Below, piece after piece: positions 29,102-41,692 of a stretch of DNA of 64,000 bases. Below the pieces are notes generated by a model, which was given only the letters and a program-made list of their open reading frames with translations, was not told the origin of the DNA and did no database searches. The stretch is from positions 828-64,827 of the forward strand of contig JAGWWC010000004.1 of assembly GCA_018970545.1 (NCBI GenBank), in the 5' to 3' direction. A program made the position numbers and the translations under genes. Position 1 is the first letter of the stretch, and each line of letters starts with the position of its first letter. The DNA comes from Betaproteobacteria bacterium. GTDB lineage: Bacteria; Pseudomonadota; Gammaproteobacteria; Burkholderiales; Burkholderiaceae_A.

Positions 29102-29590
29102 CTAGCGGTACGGCGCGTCGGCCTCCCGTGCAGCAGCGATCTCATTTTCGTAACGATCCCCAACCGCCAGCAGCATCTCTTTTGTGAAATACAGATCTCC
29201 GCGCTTTTCGCCGTGATATTCGTGAATCTGAGTCTCCACAATTGAATCTACCGGACAGCTCTCCTCGCAAAAGCCACAGAAAATACATTTCGTGAGATCG
29301 ATGTCGTAGCGTGTGGTGCGACGGGTACCGTCCTCGCGAACTGTCGATTCAATCGTGATGGCCTGGGCTGGGCAGACCGCCTCACAAAGTTTGCAGGCAA
29401 TGCAGCGTTCCTCGCCATTGGGGTATCGGCGCAACGCGTGCAGACCACGAAAGCGCGGCGACATCGGGGTCTTTTCTTCGGGATACTGAATCGTGATCTT
29501 GCGGGCAAACAAATAGCGGCCCGTCAATGCCATGCCCCGCAGCATCTCCAGCAGCAGAAACGAACGCAGAAAATTAACGACGGTGCTCAT
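29102..29590 (-). CDS. nuoI: NADH-quinone oxidoreductase subunit I
   Basis: Two 4Fe-4S ferredoxin motifs: [12 protein letters not shown] and [12 protein letters not shown]. Confidence 0.95.
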   Translation of the reverse strand: MSTVVNFLRSFLLLEMLRGMALTGRYLFARKITIQYPEEKTPMSPRFRGLHALRRYPNGEERCIACKLCEAVCPAQAITIESTVREDGTRRTTRYDIDLTKCIFCGFCEESCPVDSIVETQIHEYHGEKRGDLYFTKEMLLAVGDRYENEIAAAREADAPYR

Positions 29591-29605
29591 CGGCGTCTCA
29601 CCCCA

Positions 29606-30673
29606 TCACCAGATTGACCAGGGCGTCTGCATCCAGGCCCCGACAACGACAAGCCAAATCAACGTGACTGGAATAAAAATCTTCCAGCCAAGCCGCATGA
29701 TTTGGTCATAGCGGTAGCGGGGAAACGAGGCCCGCATCCAGATAAATACGCTGACCACCAAAAACGCTTTTAGTCCGAGCCAAATCCAGCCGGGGATGAA
29801 ATCCAAGACGGCAATGGGCGCATCCCATCCACCCAGGAACATGATGGCGGCCAGTGTAGAGAGCAAAATCATATTGGCGTACTCCGCCAGGAAGAACACG
29901 GCAAATGCCATGCCGGAGTACTCCACCATGTGGCCCGCCACGATCTCTGATTCGCCTTCCACAACGTCAAAAGGATGGCGATTTGTTTCGGCCACACTGG
30001 AAACGAAATACACCACGGCCACAGGCAAAAGCGGCAGCCAATTCCACGACAAGAAATTCAATCCGAGCTGCTCGGCAAACAGGCCCTTTTGCTGACCCAC
30101 GACGATCTCGGTGAGATTCAAGCTGCCCGAGACCATGAGCACGGAGACCAAGGCAAAACCAATTGCCAGTTCATAAGAGACCATTTGTGCCGAGGCCCGC
30201 ATCGCAGCCAAAAATGCGTATTTTGAATTCGAAGCCCAGCCAGCAAGGATGACGCCATAGACCTCAATCGACGTGATGGCCAGCAGCAGCAGTAAACCGG
30301 CGTTGATATTAGAGAGCACCACATCGGGCCCAAATGGAATCACGGCCCATGCGGCCATGGCCGGCATGATGGTCATGATCGGGCCCAAGATATAGAGCCC
30401 GCGGCTGGCCTGGGCCGGCATGATGATTTCTTTGGTCAGTAGCTTTAACGCATCGGCGATGGGCTGGAGCAGTCCCAGCGGGCCGACACGATTGGGGCCC
30501 AGACGCACGTGCATCCAGCCAATCAGCTTGCGCTCCCAGAGCGTGAGGTAAGCAACGCAGGCCAGTATGGGCAGCACCACCGCAACAATCTTGATCAGCA
30601 CCCACGCAACGGGCCAAGCCTCACCAAGGAGCGAGATCCCCATCTGTTGAACGCCGTCCAAGAGATCCTGCAT
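29606..30673 (-). CDS. nuoH: NADH-quinone oxidoreductase subunit H
   Basis: 355-aa polytopic subunit with the [19 protein letters not shown] motif. Confidence 0.95.
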   Translation of the reverse strand: MQDLLDGVQQMGISLLGEAWPVAWVLIKIVAVVLPILACVAYLTLWERKLIGWMHVRLGPNRVGPLGLLQPIADALKLLTKEIIMPAQASRGLYILGPIMTIMPAMAAWAVIPFGPDVVLSNINAGLLLLLAITSIEVYGVILAGWASNSKYAFLAAMRASAQMVSYELAIGFALVSVLMVSGSLNLTEIVVGQQKGLFAEQLGLNFLSWNWLPLLPVAVVYFVSSVAETNRHPFDVVEGESEIVAGHMVEYSGMAFAVFFLAEYANMILLSTLAAIMFLGGWDAPIAVLDFIPGWIWLGLKAFLVVSVFIWMRASFPRYRYDQIMRLGWKIFIPVTLIWLVVVGAWMQTPWSIW

Positions 30674-33037
30674 CTAGGCGACCTCCAGCTCGATCGGACC
30701 AATCATCTCGCCCAGCTGCGCGCTGACGGGATGGGCAGCCGAGAGTCGGGCAACACCATGCGCCAGCCGTGTATCGGCGGCGACCTCCACGACAGCAGCG
30801 GCGCGGCCGGACTGCAGACACTTCACCTTAGATCCGACAGCAAGCCCCAGCCGATCCATCTCTGCCGGATGCATCAAAAGCTTTGGCGATGCGCTGGCCC
30901 TGGTCTGCTGAAGGGCCTCGGCATGTCGACTCACGCTGTCGGCGCGATAGATGGGCACATCAGCAAGCCGAACGAGTCCTGTCCTTCCCTTGACGGCAAG
31001 GGGTTCGGCAGACTGCGGCGGCATAGGGCTGGCGGCAAGATTCATCACAATTTCGCCCAGCGTGGCATGGCCAATCACGGACTGACGGATATCTTCCGAA
31101 GACTCCGCATCAAAGCCTTCGAGCTCAAGCAGATTGCCCAGGACCCGCAGCACCTTCCATCCCGGCCGTGCCTCACCCAGCGGCCGCACCACCGCCTGCG
31201 TTGTCTGGGCCCGGCCCTCACAATTAATGTAAGTGCCCGAGGTCTCGGTATAGGGGGCGATTGGCAGCATGACATCCGCATGTTCCATCAGCCCATCTTT
31301 GAATGCAGAAAGCCCCACCACAAACTTCGCCTGCGACAGCGCAGCACCAGCCTGGTGAGGATTGCCACAGTCCATCAGCGGGTCAATGTTCACCAGCACA
31401 TAGGCCTCGGCTGCGGAAGCGAACATGCCGGCCGCATCGAGCCCGCCTTGCAGGGGCCGGGCCTTGGCCAGATAGCCGCCAACACCGTTGCCACCCTCCA
31501 CAGTAAATCCCAATCGGCAGCCCAAGGCGTCAGCGATCATCTGTGCAAAGCCCCAGATTGCGGCAGCATTTGGATGGGCAAGCACGCTGTTGCCCAAGAA
31601 GATTGCGGCCTTTGCGTTCGGCTCAGACGAATCGGCCAACATCTCGACAATCGCCCTTCCCTGTGGGCTGGGCTTGATGGACTTTAGTGCATCAGGCAGC
31701 GGCAATGATTTCATGGCAAGTGCTGCGGCGGCCATCTCAGCGACCGCCGGCACCCAGTCAGCGGGCGAAGCCAGCCACTGCTGCGCAATAGGCATCAACA
31801 AATCCTCCGCGCTCGCATGCAGCGTCGCGATGCGGGCACCGTGGCGCGCTGCCTGACGCAGGCGATGGGCAAGCAGCGGTTGATCCTGTCGTAAGAACGC
31901 GCCGATCAGCAACGCCCGATCCAACTGGCTGACCTGCGCGAGGCTGAGTCCGAGCGTGGGCACACCGCTGAACTGCTGATCAAAGCCAGCCTGGCCAAGC
32001 CGCGGGCGAAAATCAATCGAGTCACTTTTTAGGCCGCGCGTCAGTTGTGCCGCCAACGTCATTTCTTCGAGCGTGCTGTTGGGTGACATCAGCGTGCGCA
32101 CATGCTGCGGCCCATGCGAGGCAGCCGAACGCAGGGACTGGGCGACCTTCGCGAGGGCCTCTTCCCAGCCAGCCTCATGCCAGCGGCCATCAGCGCCGCG
32201 CATCATCGGGCGCGTTAAACGGTCGTGACTATTGAGCCCCTCATAACTAAACCGGTCCCGATCCGAGATCCAGCATTCGTTGATGGCCTCGTTGTCCATT
32301 GGAACAATACGCTTGACCTGGTTGTTCTTCGACTGCACCACGATGTTGGCACCGATGCTGTCCAAGGGGCTAATCGAGCGCTTGCGCGAAAGCTCCCAGG
32401 TCCGGGCAGAATAACGAAAGGGTTTGCTGGTCAGCGCACCAACGGGACAGACATCGATCATATTTCCGGAAAGTTCACTCTCAATCGCATTGCCCACAAA
32501 GGACATGATTTCGGAGTGCTCACCACGGCCGGCCATGCCGAGTTCCATCACGCCGGCAATCTCCTGGCCAAACCGTACGCATCGGGTGCAATGGATGCAG
32601 CGGCTCATCTCTTCGGCAGAAATCAGCGGCCCCATGGGCTTATGGAATACCACCCGCTTCTCTTCGGTGTAGCGCGACGCCGATGGGCCATAGCCAACCG
32701 CCAAGTCCTGCAGCTGACACTCGCCGCCCTGATCGCAGATCGGGCAATCCAGCGGGTGATTGATCAACAAAAATTCCATCACGCTTTTTTGCGCCGTCTT
32801 TGCCTTTGACGAGGCGGTGAAGACCCGCATGCCTGGGGTCACTGGCGTGGCACATGCCGGCAAGGCCTTGGGGGCTTTTTCCACTTCAACCAAGCACATG
32901 CGGCAATTGGCCGCAATCGAAAGCTTCTTGTGATAACAGAAATGCGGCACATATAAGCCAAGCCGATTGGCCGCATCCATCACCATGCTGCCCTCAGGCA
33001 CTTCAACTTTCTGGCCGTCGACTTCGAGTTCAATCAT
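30674..33037 (-). CDS. nuoG: NADH-quinone oxidoreductase subunit G
   Basis: N-terminal 2Fe-2S and 4Fe-4S Cys clusters (CYHKKLSIAANCRMCLVEV, CPICDQGGEC). ATG 33037 overlaps the nuoF stop by 1 nt. Confidence 0.95.
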   Translation of the reverse strand: MIELEVDGQKVEVPEGSMVMDAANRLGLYVPHFCYHKKLSIAANCRMCLVEVEKAPKALPACATPVTPGMRVFTASSKAKTAQKSVMEFLLINHPLDCPICDQGGECQLQDLAVGYGPSASRYTEEKRVVFHKPMGPLISAEEMSRCIHCTRCVRFGQEIAGVMELGMAGRGEHSEIMSFVGNAIESELSGNMIDVCPVGALTSKPFRYSARTWELSRKRSISPLDSIGANIVVQSKNNQVKRIVPMDNEAINECWISDRDRFSYEGLNSHDRLTRPMMRGADGRWHEAGWEEALAKVAQSLRSAASHGPQHVRTLMSPNSTLEEMTLAAQLTRGLKSDSIDFRPRLGQAGFDQQFSGVPTLGLSLAQVSQLDRALLIGAFLRQDQPLLAHRLRQAARHGARIATLHASAEDLLMPIAQQWLASPADWVPAVAEMAAAALAMKSLPLPDALKSIKPSPQGRAIVEMLADSSEPNAKAAIFLGNSVLAHPNAAAIWGFAQMIADALGCRLGFTVEGGNGVGGYLAKARPLQGGLDAAGMFASAAEAYVLVNIDPLMDCGNPHQAGAALSQAKFVVGLSAFKDGLMEHADVMLPIAPYTETSGTYINCEGRAQTTQAVVRPLGEARPGWKVLRVLGNLLELEGFDAESSEDIRQSVIGHATLGEIVMNLAASPMPPQSAEPLAVKGRTGLVRLADVPIYRADSVSRHAEALQQTRASASPKLLMHPAEMDRLGLAVGSKVKCLQSGRAAAVVEVAADTRLAHGVARLSAAHPVSAQLGEMIGPIELEVA

Positions 33038-34356
33038 CAGACCGCGTCTCCTACCAGGCATCGCTTGTGCACGATGTGATGTTCAAATTCCGCACGGAAA
33101 TGCTTCAAAAAGGCTCGCACTGGCATCGCGGCGGCGTCACCCAAAGCGCATATGGTGCGGCCCATAATGTTTCCGGCAACCTCATCGAGCTTGGCCAAGT
33201 CCTCTGGGCTGCCCTGGCCCTTTTCGATCCGATTGACCATACGCCATAGCCAGCCAGTGCCCTCGCGGCAGGGAGTGCACTGGCCGCACGACTCTTCATA
33301 ATAAAAATACGACAAACGCAACAGACACCGAACCATGCAGCGTGTCTCATCCATCACGATGACGGCGCCTGAGCCCAACATCGAACCCGCCTTCGCGATC
33401 GCGTCGTAATCCATGTCGGTCGCCATCATGATCTCTGCTGGCAGCACTGGCATTGAGGAGCCGCCAGGAATCACCGCCTTTAAACGCTTGCCATCTCGCA
33501 TGCCGCCGGCCAGCTCCAGCAGCTTCGCAAACGGCGTGCCCAATGGAATTTCGTAATTGCCAGGCCGCTCCACATCGCCGGAAATGGAAAAGACCTTGGT
33601 GCCGCCGTTATTGGGTTTGCCCACTTCGAGGTAGGCCTGGCCGCCATGCCGAATAATCCAAGGCACGGCTGCAAATGTCTCGGTGTTGTTGATCGTCGTG
33701 GGCTTACCGTAGAGGCCAAAACTTGCGGGAAACGGTGGCTTAAAGCGCGGCTGGCCCTTTTTGCCTTCTAGTGATTCCAGCAGTGCGGTTTCCTCGCCGC
33801 AGATGTAGGCGCCATAGCCGTGGTGGGCCTGCAACTCAAAGGAGAATCCGCTGCTGAGAATATTTTCGCCAATCAATCCCGCCGCGCGTGCTTCATCCAA
33901 AGCCTGCTCAAAGCGCTCGTAAACTTCCCAAATTTCACCGTGAATATAGTTATAACCACGCGTCACGCCCATGGCGTAAGCCGCAATCGCCATTCCCTCG
34001 ATCACGATATGTGGGTTGTAGCGCAGGATGTCGCGGTCCTTGAATGTGCCCGGCTCACCTTCGTCAGAATTGCAAACGAGATACTTCTGAATCGGCAGCT
34101 TGGCGGGCATAAAGCTCCACTTCAGTCCAGTCGGAAATCCTGCGCCGCCGCGGCCTCGCAGGCCCGAAGCTTTGATCTCGGCGATGACCTCTTCAGGCTT
34201 CATGGTCCGCACGACTTTCTTTAAGGCCTCATAGCCGCCACGCGCAACGTAGTCCTTTAAGCTCCAGCCATCGGGGGTCAGGCCTGCCAAGATTTGTGGC
34301 GAGATGTGACGGCCATGAAAGCAGGTATCAATCAACGGAATCTCGGGTGCTCCCAC
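33037..34356 (-). CDS. nuoF: NADH-quinone oxidoreductase subunit F
   Basis: FMN/NADH-site motif [13 protein letters not shown] and 4Fe-4S motif [12 protein letters not shown]. Confidence 0.95.
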   Translation of the reverse strand: MGAPEIPLIDTCFHGRHISPQILAGLTPDGWSLKDYVARGGYEALKKVVRTMKPEEVIAEIKASGLRGRGGAGFPTGLKWSFMPAKLPIQKYLVCNSDEGEPGTFKDRDILRYNPHIVIEGMAIAAYAMGVTRGYNYIHGEIWEVYERFEQALDEARAAGLIGENILSSGFSFELQAHHGYGAYICGEETALLESLEGKKGQPRFKPPFPASFGLYGKPTTINNTETFAAVPWIIRHGGQAYLEVGKPNNGGTKVFSISGDVERPGNYEIPLGTPFAKLLELAGGMRDGKRLKAVIPGGSSMPVLPAEIMMATDMDYDAIAKAGSMLGSGAVIVMDETRCMVRCLLRLSYFYYEESCGQCTPCREGTGWLWRMVNRIEKGQGSPEDLAKLDEVAGNIMGRTICALGDAAAMPVRAFLKHFRAEFEHHIVHKRCLVGDAV

Positions 34357-34909
34357 TATCGGCCTCCCTGGGGTCGCGATGTGCTGCTCTGAGCTTCGGA
34401 CCGCAGCTCATTGAGTAAGGCATCGATCCGATCCTCAGACATCCAGCTGCACATCCGGTGATTGTTGATCAGCATCACGGGCGCATCACCGCAGGCACCC
34501 ATGCATTCGCCTTCTTTTAAAGTAAAGAGCCCATCTGGAGTGGTCTCATTAAATCCGATGCCCAGCTTTGCTTTGAGTATCTCCGCTGCATGATTGGCGT
34601 TGCGCAGCGCGCAAGGAAGGTTGGTGCAGACCGTCAGCTTGAATCGGCCGGTCGGGGTGAGGTCGTACATGTTGTAAAACGTAGCGACTTCATGCACTGC
34701 GATTGGTGGCATGCCGAGATAGGCGGCCACTTCGGCCTCGACCTCGGGCGATACCCATCCCACCTCGCGCTGAGCGATGGTCAAAGCCGACATCACCGCG
34801 GACTGCCGCTGATCTGCCGGATATTTCGCGATCTCACGGTCAATTTTTTTATAAGCCTCGGCCGACAGCACGGGGCCGCTGGGCCGCTCGGATAACGACA
34901 GCTGTACGC

Positions 34910-34913
<4 letters not shown>
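34356..34913 (-). CDS. nuoE: NADH-quinone oxidoreductase subunit E
   Basis: Thioredoxin-like 2Fe-2S subunit with Cys pattern VCTNLPC...CMGACGDAP. Confidence 0.95.
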
Positions 34914-36163
<1,250 letters not shown>

Positions 36164-36174
36164 GTTCTATCGCT

Positions 36175-36768
36175 CTATTGCGCAATAAAGCCGCCGTAGT
36201 TTTCCTCGCGTCGAACACGCGGCACCTGATCGCGCGGCTCGATGGTCACCGGCTGATAGATGACCCGTTTCTGCTCCGGGTCGTAGCGCATCTCGACATA
36301 GCCCGACACCGGGAAGTCTTTGCGAAACGGGTGGCCCACAAAGCCGTAATCCGTCAGGATGCGGCGTAAATCATCATGGCCTTCGAAGACGATGCCGTAA
36401 AGATCAAAGGCCTCCCGCTCGTACCATCCGGCCGCAGTCCAGATCGACGTAGCCGAGGCGACCACCGGAAAATCATCATCGGGACAAAAGACCCGTACGC
36501 GAAGCCGTTGATTCAGCTCCACCGATAACAAATGCAGCACCACTGCAAACCGCGGGCCCTCATGGCCGCCCTCACGGTAATCCCGATAATCCATGCCACA
36601 AAGATCGACCAGCGTATCGAACCGTAACTCGGGCTCATCGCGCAGGCTGCGCAGCACGTCCAGACATTGATCGGCATGCACCGAAACCGTGGTCTCGTCT
36701 AAAGCCTGCCAGCAAGAGACGATTCGGCCGGCAAGTCGGCGCTCAATCACGTTTTGCAGTTCAGACAT
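36175..36768 (-). CDS. nuoC: NADH-quinone oxidoreductase subunit C
   Basis: 197 aa with the ERE.FDLYGI.F.GH motif region. Confidence 0.95.
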   Translation of the reverse strand: MSELQNVIERRLAGRIVSCWQALDETTVSVHADQCLDVLRSLRDEPELRFDTLVDLCGMDYRDYREGGHEGPRFAVVLHLLSVELNQRLRVRVFCPDDDFPVVASATSIWTAAGWYEREAFDLYGIVFEGHDDLRRILTDYGFVGHPFRKDFPVSGYVEMRYDPEQKRVIYQPVTIEPRDQVPRVRREENYGGFIAQ

Positions 36769-36772
36769 TCGG

Positions 36773-37252
36773 CTAGCTCCTGGCGATCGTGTTGGTACGC
36801 CGAATCTTGTTTTGCAGCTGAATAATGCCGTAGATCAAGGCCTCGGCGGTTGGCGGGCAGCCTGGCACATAGATATCCACCGGCACAATCCGATCGCAGC
36901 CTCTCACCACTGAGTAGCTGTAGTGGTAATAGCCGCCACCGTTTGCACAGGAGCCCATCGAGATCACCCAGCGTGGCTCGGGCATCTGATCGTAGACCTT
37001 GCGCAGTGCAGGTGCCATTTTGTTGCACAGTGTTCCAGCAACGATCATTAAGTCGGACTGCCGTGGGCTCGGCCGAAAGACAACGCCAAAACGATCCAGG
37101 TCGTACCGCGAGGCACCCGCATGCATCATTTCCACTGCACAGCAGGCCAGGCCGAAAGTCATGGGCCACAGCGACCCCGTCCGCGTCCAGTTGATAATGG
37201 TGTCGGCCGATGTGGTGAGAAATCCCTGCTTAAAGACGCCGTCAATTGCCAT
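36773..37252 (-). CDS. nuoB: NADH-quinone oxidoreductase subunit B
   Basis: [10 protein letters not shown] and GCPPT motifs (N2 cluster ligands). Confidence 0.95.
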   Translation of the reverse strand: MAIDGVFKQGFLTTSADTIINWTRTGSLWPMTFGLACCAVEMMHAGASRYDLDRFGVVFRPSPRQSDLMIVAGTLCNKMAPALRKVYDQMPEPRWVISMGSCANGGGYYHYSYSVVRGCDRIVPVDIYVPGCPPTAEALIYGIIQLQNKIRRTNTIARS

Positions 37253-37267
37253 TGCTGGTTTGCCCCT

Positions 37268-37627
37268 TTATTCCCAATCCAGTGCGCCCTTCATCCACTC
37301 GTAGATGAAGCCCAGCACAAGAATGGTCAGAAATAACATCATTGACATAAAACCGAAAAAGCCAATGTCTTTGAGCGCAACAGCCCACGGAAAAAGAAAG
37401 GCGATCTCGAGATCAAACAGAATGAATAAGATGGCGACGAGGTAATACCGCACATCGAACTGTAGCCGAGCATCTTCAAAGGCCTCAAAGCCGCACTCAT
37501 ACGGCGAGAGTTTTTCGGCGTCAGGACGGCTCGGGCCCAGCACCTTGCCGACCGACATCGACGCCAGGCCAATGGCCCCGCCGACCAGAATGAACATTAA
37601 TACCGGTAGGTATTCTTCTAAATTCAC
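37268..37627 (-). CDS. nuoA: NADH-quinone oxidoreductase subunit A
   Basis: 119-aa three-TM protein with YECGF and FDLE motifs. GTG start at the conserved MNL N-terminus. Confidence 0.95.
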   Translation of the reverse strand: MNLEEYLPVLMFILVGGAIGLASMSVGKVLGPSRPDAEKLSPYECGFEAFEDARLQFDVRYYLVAILFILFDLEIAFLFPWAVALKDIGFFGFMSMMLFLTILVLGFIYEWMKGALDWE

Positions 37628-37665
37628 GCCTCGTGTTCCCCGGGCAAGTTTTTGTTGTATCTCTT

Positions 37666-37750
37666 TGGTGCCGACGGCGAGACTCGAACTCGCACAGCTT
37701 GCGCCACTGCCCCCTCAAGACAGCGTGTCTACCAATTTCACCACGTCGGC
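37666..37750 (-). tRNA. tRNA-Leu (anticodon GAG)
   Basis: The reverse complement reads GCCGACGTGGTGAAATTGGTAGACACGCTGTCTTGAGGGGGCAGTGGCGCAAGCTGTGCGAGTTCGAGTCTCGCCGTCGGCACCA. It has a long variable arm and anticodon loop TTGAGGG. Confidence 0.95.
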
Positions 37751-37807
37751 CTTAAAAGCTCCCTAAAACTGAGTCTACCTGACTGCGACAACTTTTTTGA
37801 TTTCAGC

Positions 37808-38188
37808 CTACTTTTTGGCTCCCGAATCAGCAGGCGCACCTGGCACCTGCGAGGCCGCAGGCGTACCTGCGGGCGCCGGCGACGCCGGCGGTGCGACAGG
37901 CACTTCGGAGGTGTTCTGCATCACGCTTCCCGCGCCTGAAGGTTGGCGGGCCTGTGTTGCCAGATACGACAGCGCAAGGGTCGCAATAAAAAATACTGTG
38001 GCAAGAATGGCGGTCGTTCGACTTAAAAAATTCGATGAGCCCGTAGCGCCAAATAAGCTGCCCGATGTGCCCGACCCGAAGGCTGCGCCCATATCTGCGC
38101 CCTTACCCTGCTGAAGTAAGACCAAGACAATGACGCCGATCGCCGACAAAACCTGCAGCGTTAACACCAGATTCATCAACCATCCCAT
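37808..38188 (-). CDS. secG: preprotein translocase subunit SecG
   Basis: VLVLLQQGKGADMGAAFGSGTSGSLFG signature. SD sequence AGGA lies 7 nt upstream of ATG 38188. Has an Ala/Pro-rich C-terminal tail. Confidence 0.9.
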   Translation of the reverse strand: MGWLMNLVLTLQVLSAIGVIVLVLLQQGKGADMGAAFGSGTSGSLFGATGSSNFLSRTTAILATVFFIATLALSYLATQARQPSGAGSVMQNTSEVPVAPPASPAPAGTPAASQVPGAPADSGAKK

Positions 38189-38200
38189 AGCCGTTTCCTT

Positions 38201-38992
38201 TTACTCACCTGACATCGCACAAGCGATCTCGAAAAATTCTTTCGCCTCTAGCGAGGCGCCGCCCACCAGGGCACCATCGATATCCGGCTGAGCCGCCAGG
38301 GCCGCTGCCGTAGCCGCCTTTACACTGCCGCCGTAGAGCAGTCGAATCTGCGCTGCGGCCTGCGCGTTAATTTCGGACAGTGTTCTCCGAATGGCCGCAT
38401 GCATCTCTTGAGCCTGCTCGGGCGCTGCGCTGCGGCCCGTGCCAATCGCCCAAATGGGCTCGTAGGCAAACACTGCATGGCTTAAGAGTGCCTTGGCGTG
38501 AAGGGCCTGCGCGACGTGCCGCACCTGCAGACAGACAGACTCCACTGCCTGACCGCTGTCGCGAACCTGAATCGACTCACCCACGCAGATCAAAGGCACC
38601 AGGCCTGCATCGGCCAGAGCCACCGCCTTCGCGGCCACCACTGCGTCGGTCTCGGCATGCCGGGCCCGACGCTCTGAGTGCCCAACAATCGAAAACTGGG
38701 CTTCAAAGTCCTGCAACATTGCCACCGAGAACTCCCCCGTAAATGCGCCGGAGGTCTCCGCCGAGACGTCTTGGCTGCCCCAGCCCACTGAGTGGCCCGA
38801 CAGCCGCACCATGCTCTGAAAGAGATAAGGTGCGGGCACGGCAACTGCGCATTGCGCTACCGAGCCGCCAGCATGGTCCTCCAGCAGGCCAAGAAGCCCT
38901 GACAACAGGGCTTCATTATCTGAAAGCCCGCCGTTCATCTTCCAGTTGCCAACGACCCACGATGATCGCTGCAATGCAGCAGAGTTTAGCAT
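38201..38992 (-). CDS. tpiA: triose-phosphate isomerase
   Basis: VVGNWKMNG, VGHSERR and YEPIWAIGTG motifs. The ATG overlaps the pnp stop (ATGA). Confidence 0.95.
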   Translation of the reverse strand: MLNSAALQRSSWVVGNWKMNGGLSDNEALLSGLLGLLEDHAGGSVAQCAVAVPAPYLFQSMVRLSGHSVGWGSQDVSAETSGAFTGEFSVAMLQDFEAQFSIVGHSERRARHAETDAVVAAKAVALADAGLVPLICVGESIQVRDSGQAVESVCLQVRHVAQALHAKALLSHAVFAYEPIWAIGTGRSAAPEQAQEMHAAIRRTLSEINAQAAAQIRLLYGGSVKAATAAALAAQPDIDGALVGGASLEAKEFFEIACAMSGE

Positions 38993-41139
38993 CAGGCCGC
39001 AGGCGTCGTCGCTCCGCCCGGGGCTGGCTCTGCCGCTGCTGGCGCCTCCAGCAGGGCCTTCATGGAGAGTCGCAGACGGCCCTTATCATCCGCCTCAAGG
39101 ACCTTGACCCGAATGGACTGGCCCTCTTTGAGGTAATCGGAGACCTGATTCACGCGCTCATTGGCAATCTGCGAAATATGCAGCAAACCATCTTTGCCCG
39201 GCAGGATGGAAACAATGGCACCAAATTCCAGAAGGCGCAGCACGGTGCCGTCATAGACCTTGCCCACCTCGACCTCGGCAGTGAGTTCTTCAATCCGCTT
39301 TTGCGCCGCCCGCGCGGCATCGGCTGTTGTCGCGGCAATCGTAATCGAACCGTCTTCCGAGATGTCGATCGTGGTACCGGTCTCTTCTGTGATGGCGCGA
39401 ATGGTTGCGCCGCCCTTGCCGATCACATCACGGATACGTTCCGGATTGATCTTCATGGTGTAGAGACGCGGCGCAAACTCAGAGAGCTCCTCTCGCGCGT
39501 GATCCAGGGTGGCCTTCATTTTTCCGAGAATGTGCATGCGGCCATCGCGGGCCTGCGCCAGGGCAACCTGCATGATTTCTTTGGTAATGCCCTGGATCTT
39601 GATGTCCATCTGCAGCGCTGTCACGCCCTGCTCTGTGCCGGCGACCTTGAAATCCATATCGCCTAAGTGATCCTCGTCTCCGAGAATGTCGGTCAGCACA
39701 GCAAATCGGCCACCCTCTTTGATGAGACCCATCGCAATGCCCGCCACATGGGCCTTCAGCGGCACGCCTGCATCCATCAACGCCAGACATCCGCCGCAGA
39801 CCGAGGCCATCGATGAAGAGCCGTTGGACTCAGTAATTTCGGAGACCACGCGCATGGAGTAGGCGAACTCTTCCGGGCTGGGCAGCACGGCGACTAAGGC
39901 CCGCTTGGCCAGCCGGCCGTGGCCGATCTCGCGACGCTTAGGGGATCCGACACGGCCCGTCTCACCGGTGGCAAACGGCGGCATGTTGTAGTGAAGCATG
40001 AAGCGATCACGGTACTCACCGGCCAAAGCATCGATAATTTGCTCATCACGCGTGGTGCCCAGCGTGGCCACCACCAGGGCCTGCGTTTCACCACGCGTAA
40101 AAAGCGCTGTGCCGTGGGTTCTCGGCAAGACGCCAGTGCGAATTGAAATCGGCCGCACCGTCCGCGTATCGCGTCCATCGATGCGGGGCTCACCGTTCAG
40201 AATCTGCGAACGCACCACATTGGCCTCAATCGAGAACAACGTCTCGGAGACGAGGTTGCCATCCACGGATTTGCCCGCGGCTGCAGACTCCTCGGCGATC
40301 TTCGTTTCGATCTCGGCGTAAATGGTTTTGAGCTTCTGGGAGCGCTCCTGCTTGTTGCGCATGCCATAGGCTTCGCGAAGCGGCGCCTCCGCTAGGGATT
40401 TCACTCGGGAAATCAAGGCCTCGTCCTTCTCGGCAGGCTTCCAGTCCCACTCGGGCTTTCCGGCCTTTTCCACCAAGCGATTGATCGCGGCAATTGCGAG
40501 CCGGCCCTGCTCATGACCAAACACAACGCCACCGAGCATGACCTCTTCGGACAGCTGCTGCGCCTCGGACTCCACCATCAGCACCGCGGACTCGGTGCCC
40601 GAGACCACGAGGTCCATCTGCGAGACCTTCAGTTGCGAGGCCGTGGGATTGAGCACGTACTGGCCATCGATATAGCCAACGCGGGCTGCACCGATTGGGC
40701 CGTTAAACGGCACACCTGAGATGGCCATTGCAGCCGAAGCGCCAATCATCGCGGGAATATCGGGATCGATCTCTGGGTTGAGCGACAGCACGGTACAGAC
40801 CACCTGCACCTCGTTGTAAAAGCCATCGGGAAACAGCGGCCGCAGGGGGCGATCAATGAGTCGGCAGGTCAGGGTTTCTTTTTCGGATGGACGGCCCTCA
40901 CGCTTGAAAAATCCCCCGGGAATTTTTCCCGCTGCGTAAGTCTTCTCCATGTAATCGACCGTCAGGGGGAAAAAATCCTGGCCGGGTTTGGCGCTCTTGG
41001 CGGCAACGACCGTCGCCAAGACGATCGTGTCTTCGACATTCACAATCACCGCGCCCGAGGCCTGGCGGGCGATCTCGCCCGTTTCTAAAATGACCTTGTG
41101 CTGGCCGTACTGAAACTCTTCTTTTGCAATATTGAACAC
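38992..41139 (-). CDS. pnp: polyribonucleotide nucleotidyltransferase (PNPase)
   Basis: 715 aa with two RNase PH domains plus KH and S1 domains. GTG start preceded by GAAGGAAG. Confidence 0.95.
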   Translation of the reverse strand: MFNIAKEEFQYGQHKVILETGEIARQASGAVIVNVEDTIVLATVVAAKSAKPGQDFFPLTVDYMEKTYAAGKIPGGFFKREGRPSEKETLTCRLIDRPLRPLFPDGFYNEVQVVCTVLSLNPEIDPDIPAMIGASAAMAISGVPFNGPIGAARVGYIDGQYVLNPTASQLKVSQMDLVVSGTESAVLMVESEAQQLSEEVMLGGVVFGHEQGRLAIAAINRLVEKAGKPEWDWKPAEKDEALISRVKSLAEAPLREAYGMRNKQERSQKLKTIYAEIETKIAEESAAAGKSVDGNLVSETLFSIEANVVRSQILNGEPRIDGRDTRTVRPISIRTGVLPRTHGTALFTRGETQALVVATLGTTRDEQIIDALAGEYRDRFMLHYNMPPFATGETGRVGSPKRREIGHGRLAKRALVAVLPSPEEFAYSMRVVSEITESNGSSSMASVCGGCLALMDAGVPLKAHVAGIAMGLIKEGGRFAVLTDILGDEDHLGDMDFKVAGTEQGVTALQMDIKIQGITKEIMQVALAQARDGRMHILGKMKATLDHAREELSEFAPRLYTMKINPERIRDVIGKGGATIRAITEETGTTIDISEDGSITIAATTADAARAAQKRIEELTAEVEVGKVYDGTVLRLLEFGAIVSILPGKDGLLHISQIANERVNQVSDYLKEGQSIRVKVLEADDKGRLRLSMKALLEAPAAAEPAPGGATTPAA

Positions 41140-41184
41140 GACGCTTCCTTCTCTCAGTCAACATTCATTTCGATAAATCGGCCA

Positions 41185-41220
41185 CAAAAAATGCCCGCGC
41201 GGCAAAACCGGGCAGGCATT
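41185..41220 (-). terminator. intrinsic terminator downstream of rpsO (upstream of pnp)
   Basis: The minus strand reads AATGCCTGCCCGG-TTTTG-CCGCGCGGGCATT (about 12-bp stem with one mismatch) followed by TTTTT. Confidence 0.6.
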
Positions 41221-41277
41221 TTCTTTGGGGTTTGCATCAGACGGGGCAGCGGAATCGCAGGGCGTTGAGTCCCAACC

Positions 41278-41547
41278 TTATTTCCGCAGGCCCAGACGCT
41301 CGATCAGGGTCCGATAGCCCTGAACATCGGTGCGCTTTAGGTAGTCCAGAAGCTTTCGACGCCGGCTCACCATCTTCAGCAGGCCACGACGGGAGTGGTG
41401 GTCTTTTGCATGGTTTTTAAAATGGTCGGTGAGGTCATTGATGCGGGCTGTTAAGAGCGCGACCTGTACCTCAGGACTTCCGGTGTCGTTTTTGGCGCGC
41501 TGGTACTGCGCCATGATTTCAGGCTTATTTAACGTGGCGACGGGCAT
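41278..41547 (-). CDS. rpsO: 30S ribosomal protein S15
   Basis: 89 aa. [11 protein letters not shown]...[14 protein letters not shown] signature. Confidence 0.97.
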   Translation of the reverse strand: MPVATLNKPEIMAQYQRAKNDTGSPEVQVALLTARINDLTDHFKNHAKDHHSRRGLLKMVSRRRKLLDYLKRTDVQGYRTLIERLGLRK

Positions 41548-41692
41548 GTGGATCTCCTGTAGATGCCTTGGGACTTGCGGCCGGGCCTGCCAGGGCCCGC
41601 CGTGCTGGGGTCGCTTTTCAGCAACCCCTTGAATTATAAAGGAAATTTACCCCGCAAGCCAGGGCCTCAGGGCTGACCGCTGGACTTATCGA

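Noticed and set aside
30509-31687. 392-aa plus-strand ORF, and other long ORFs of similar kind at 38743..39666, 58975..59877, 48156..48881, 53343..54140, 21567..22286, 47633..48298, 60711..61298 and 19397..19942.
   Set aside because: All lie fully antisense to genes with unmistakable family signatures (nuoG/H, pnp, the aminotransferase, the sigma factor, DUF482, the SDR, ilvI, PhoH2 and the LhgO-like gene). Their translations are low-complexity and rich in Arg, Pro, Gly and His. This is the usual stop-codon-poor antisense frame of GC-rich DNA.
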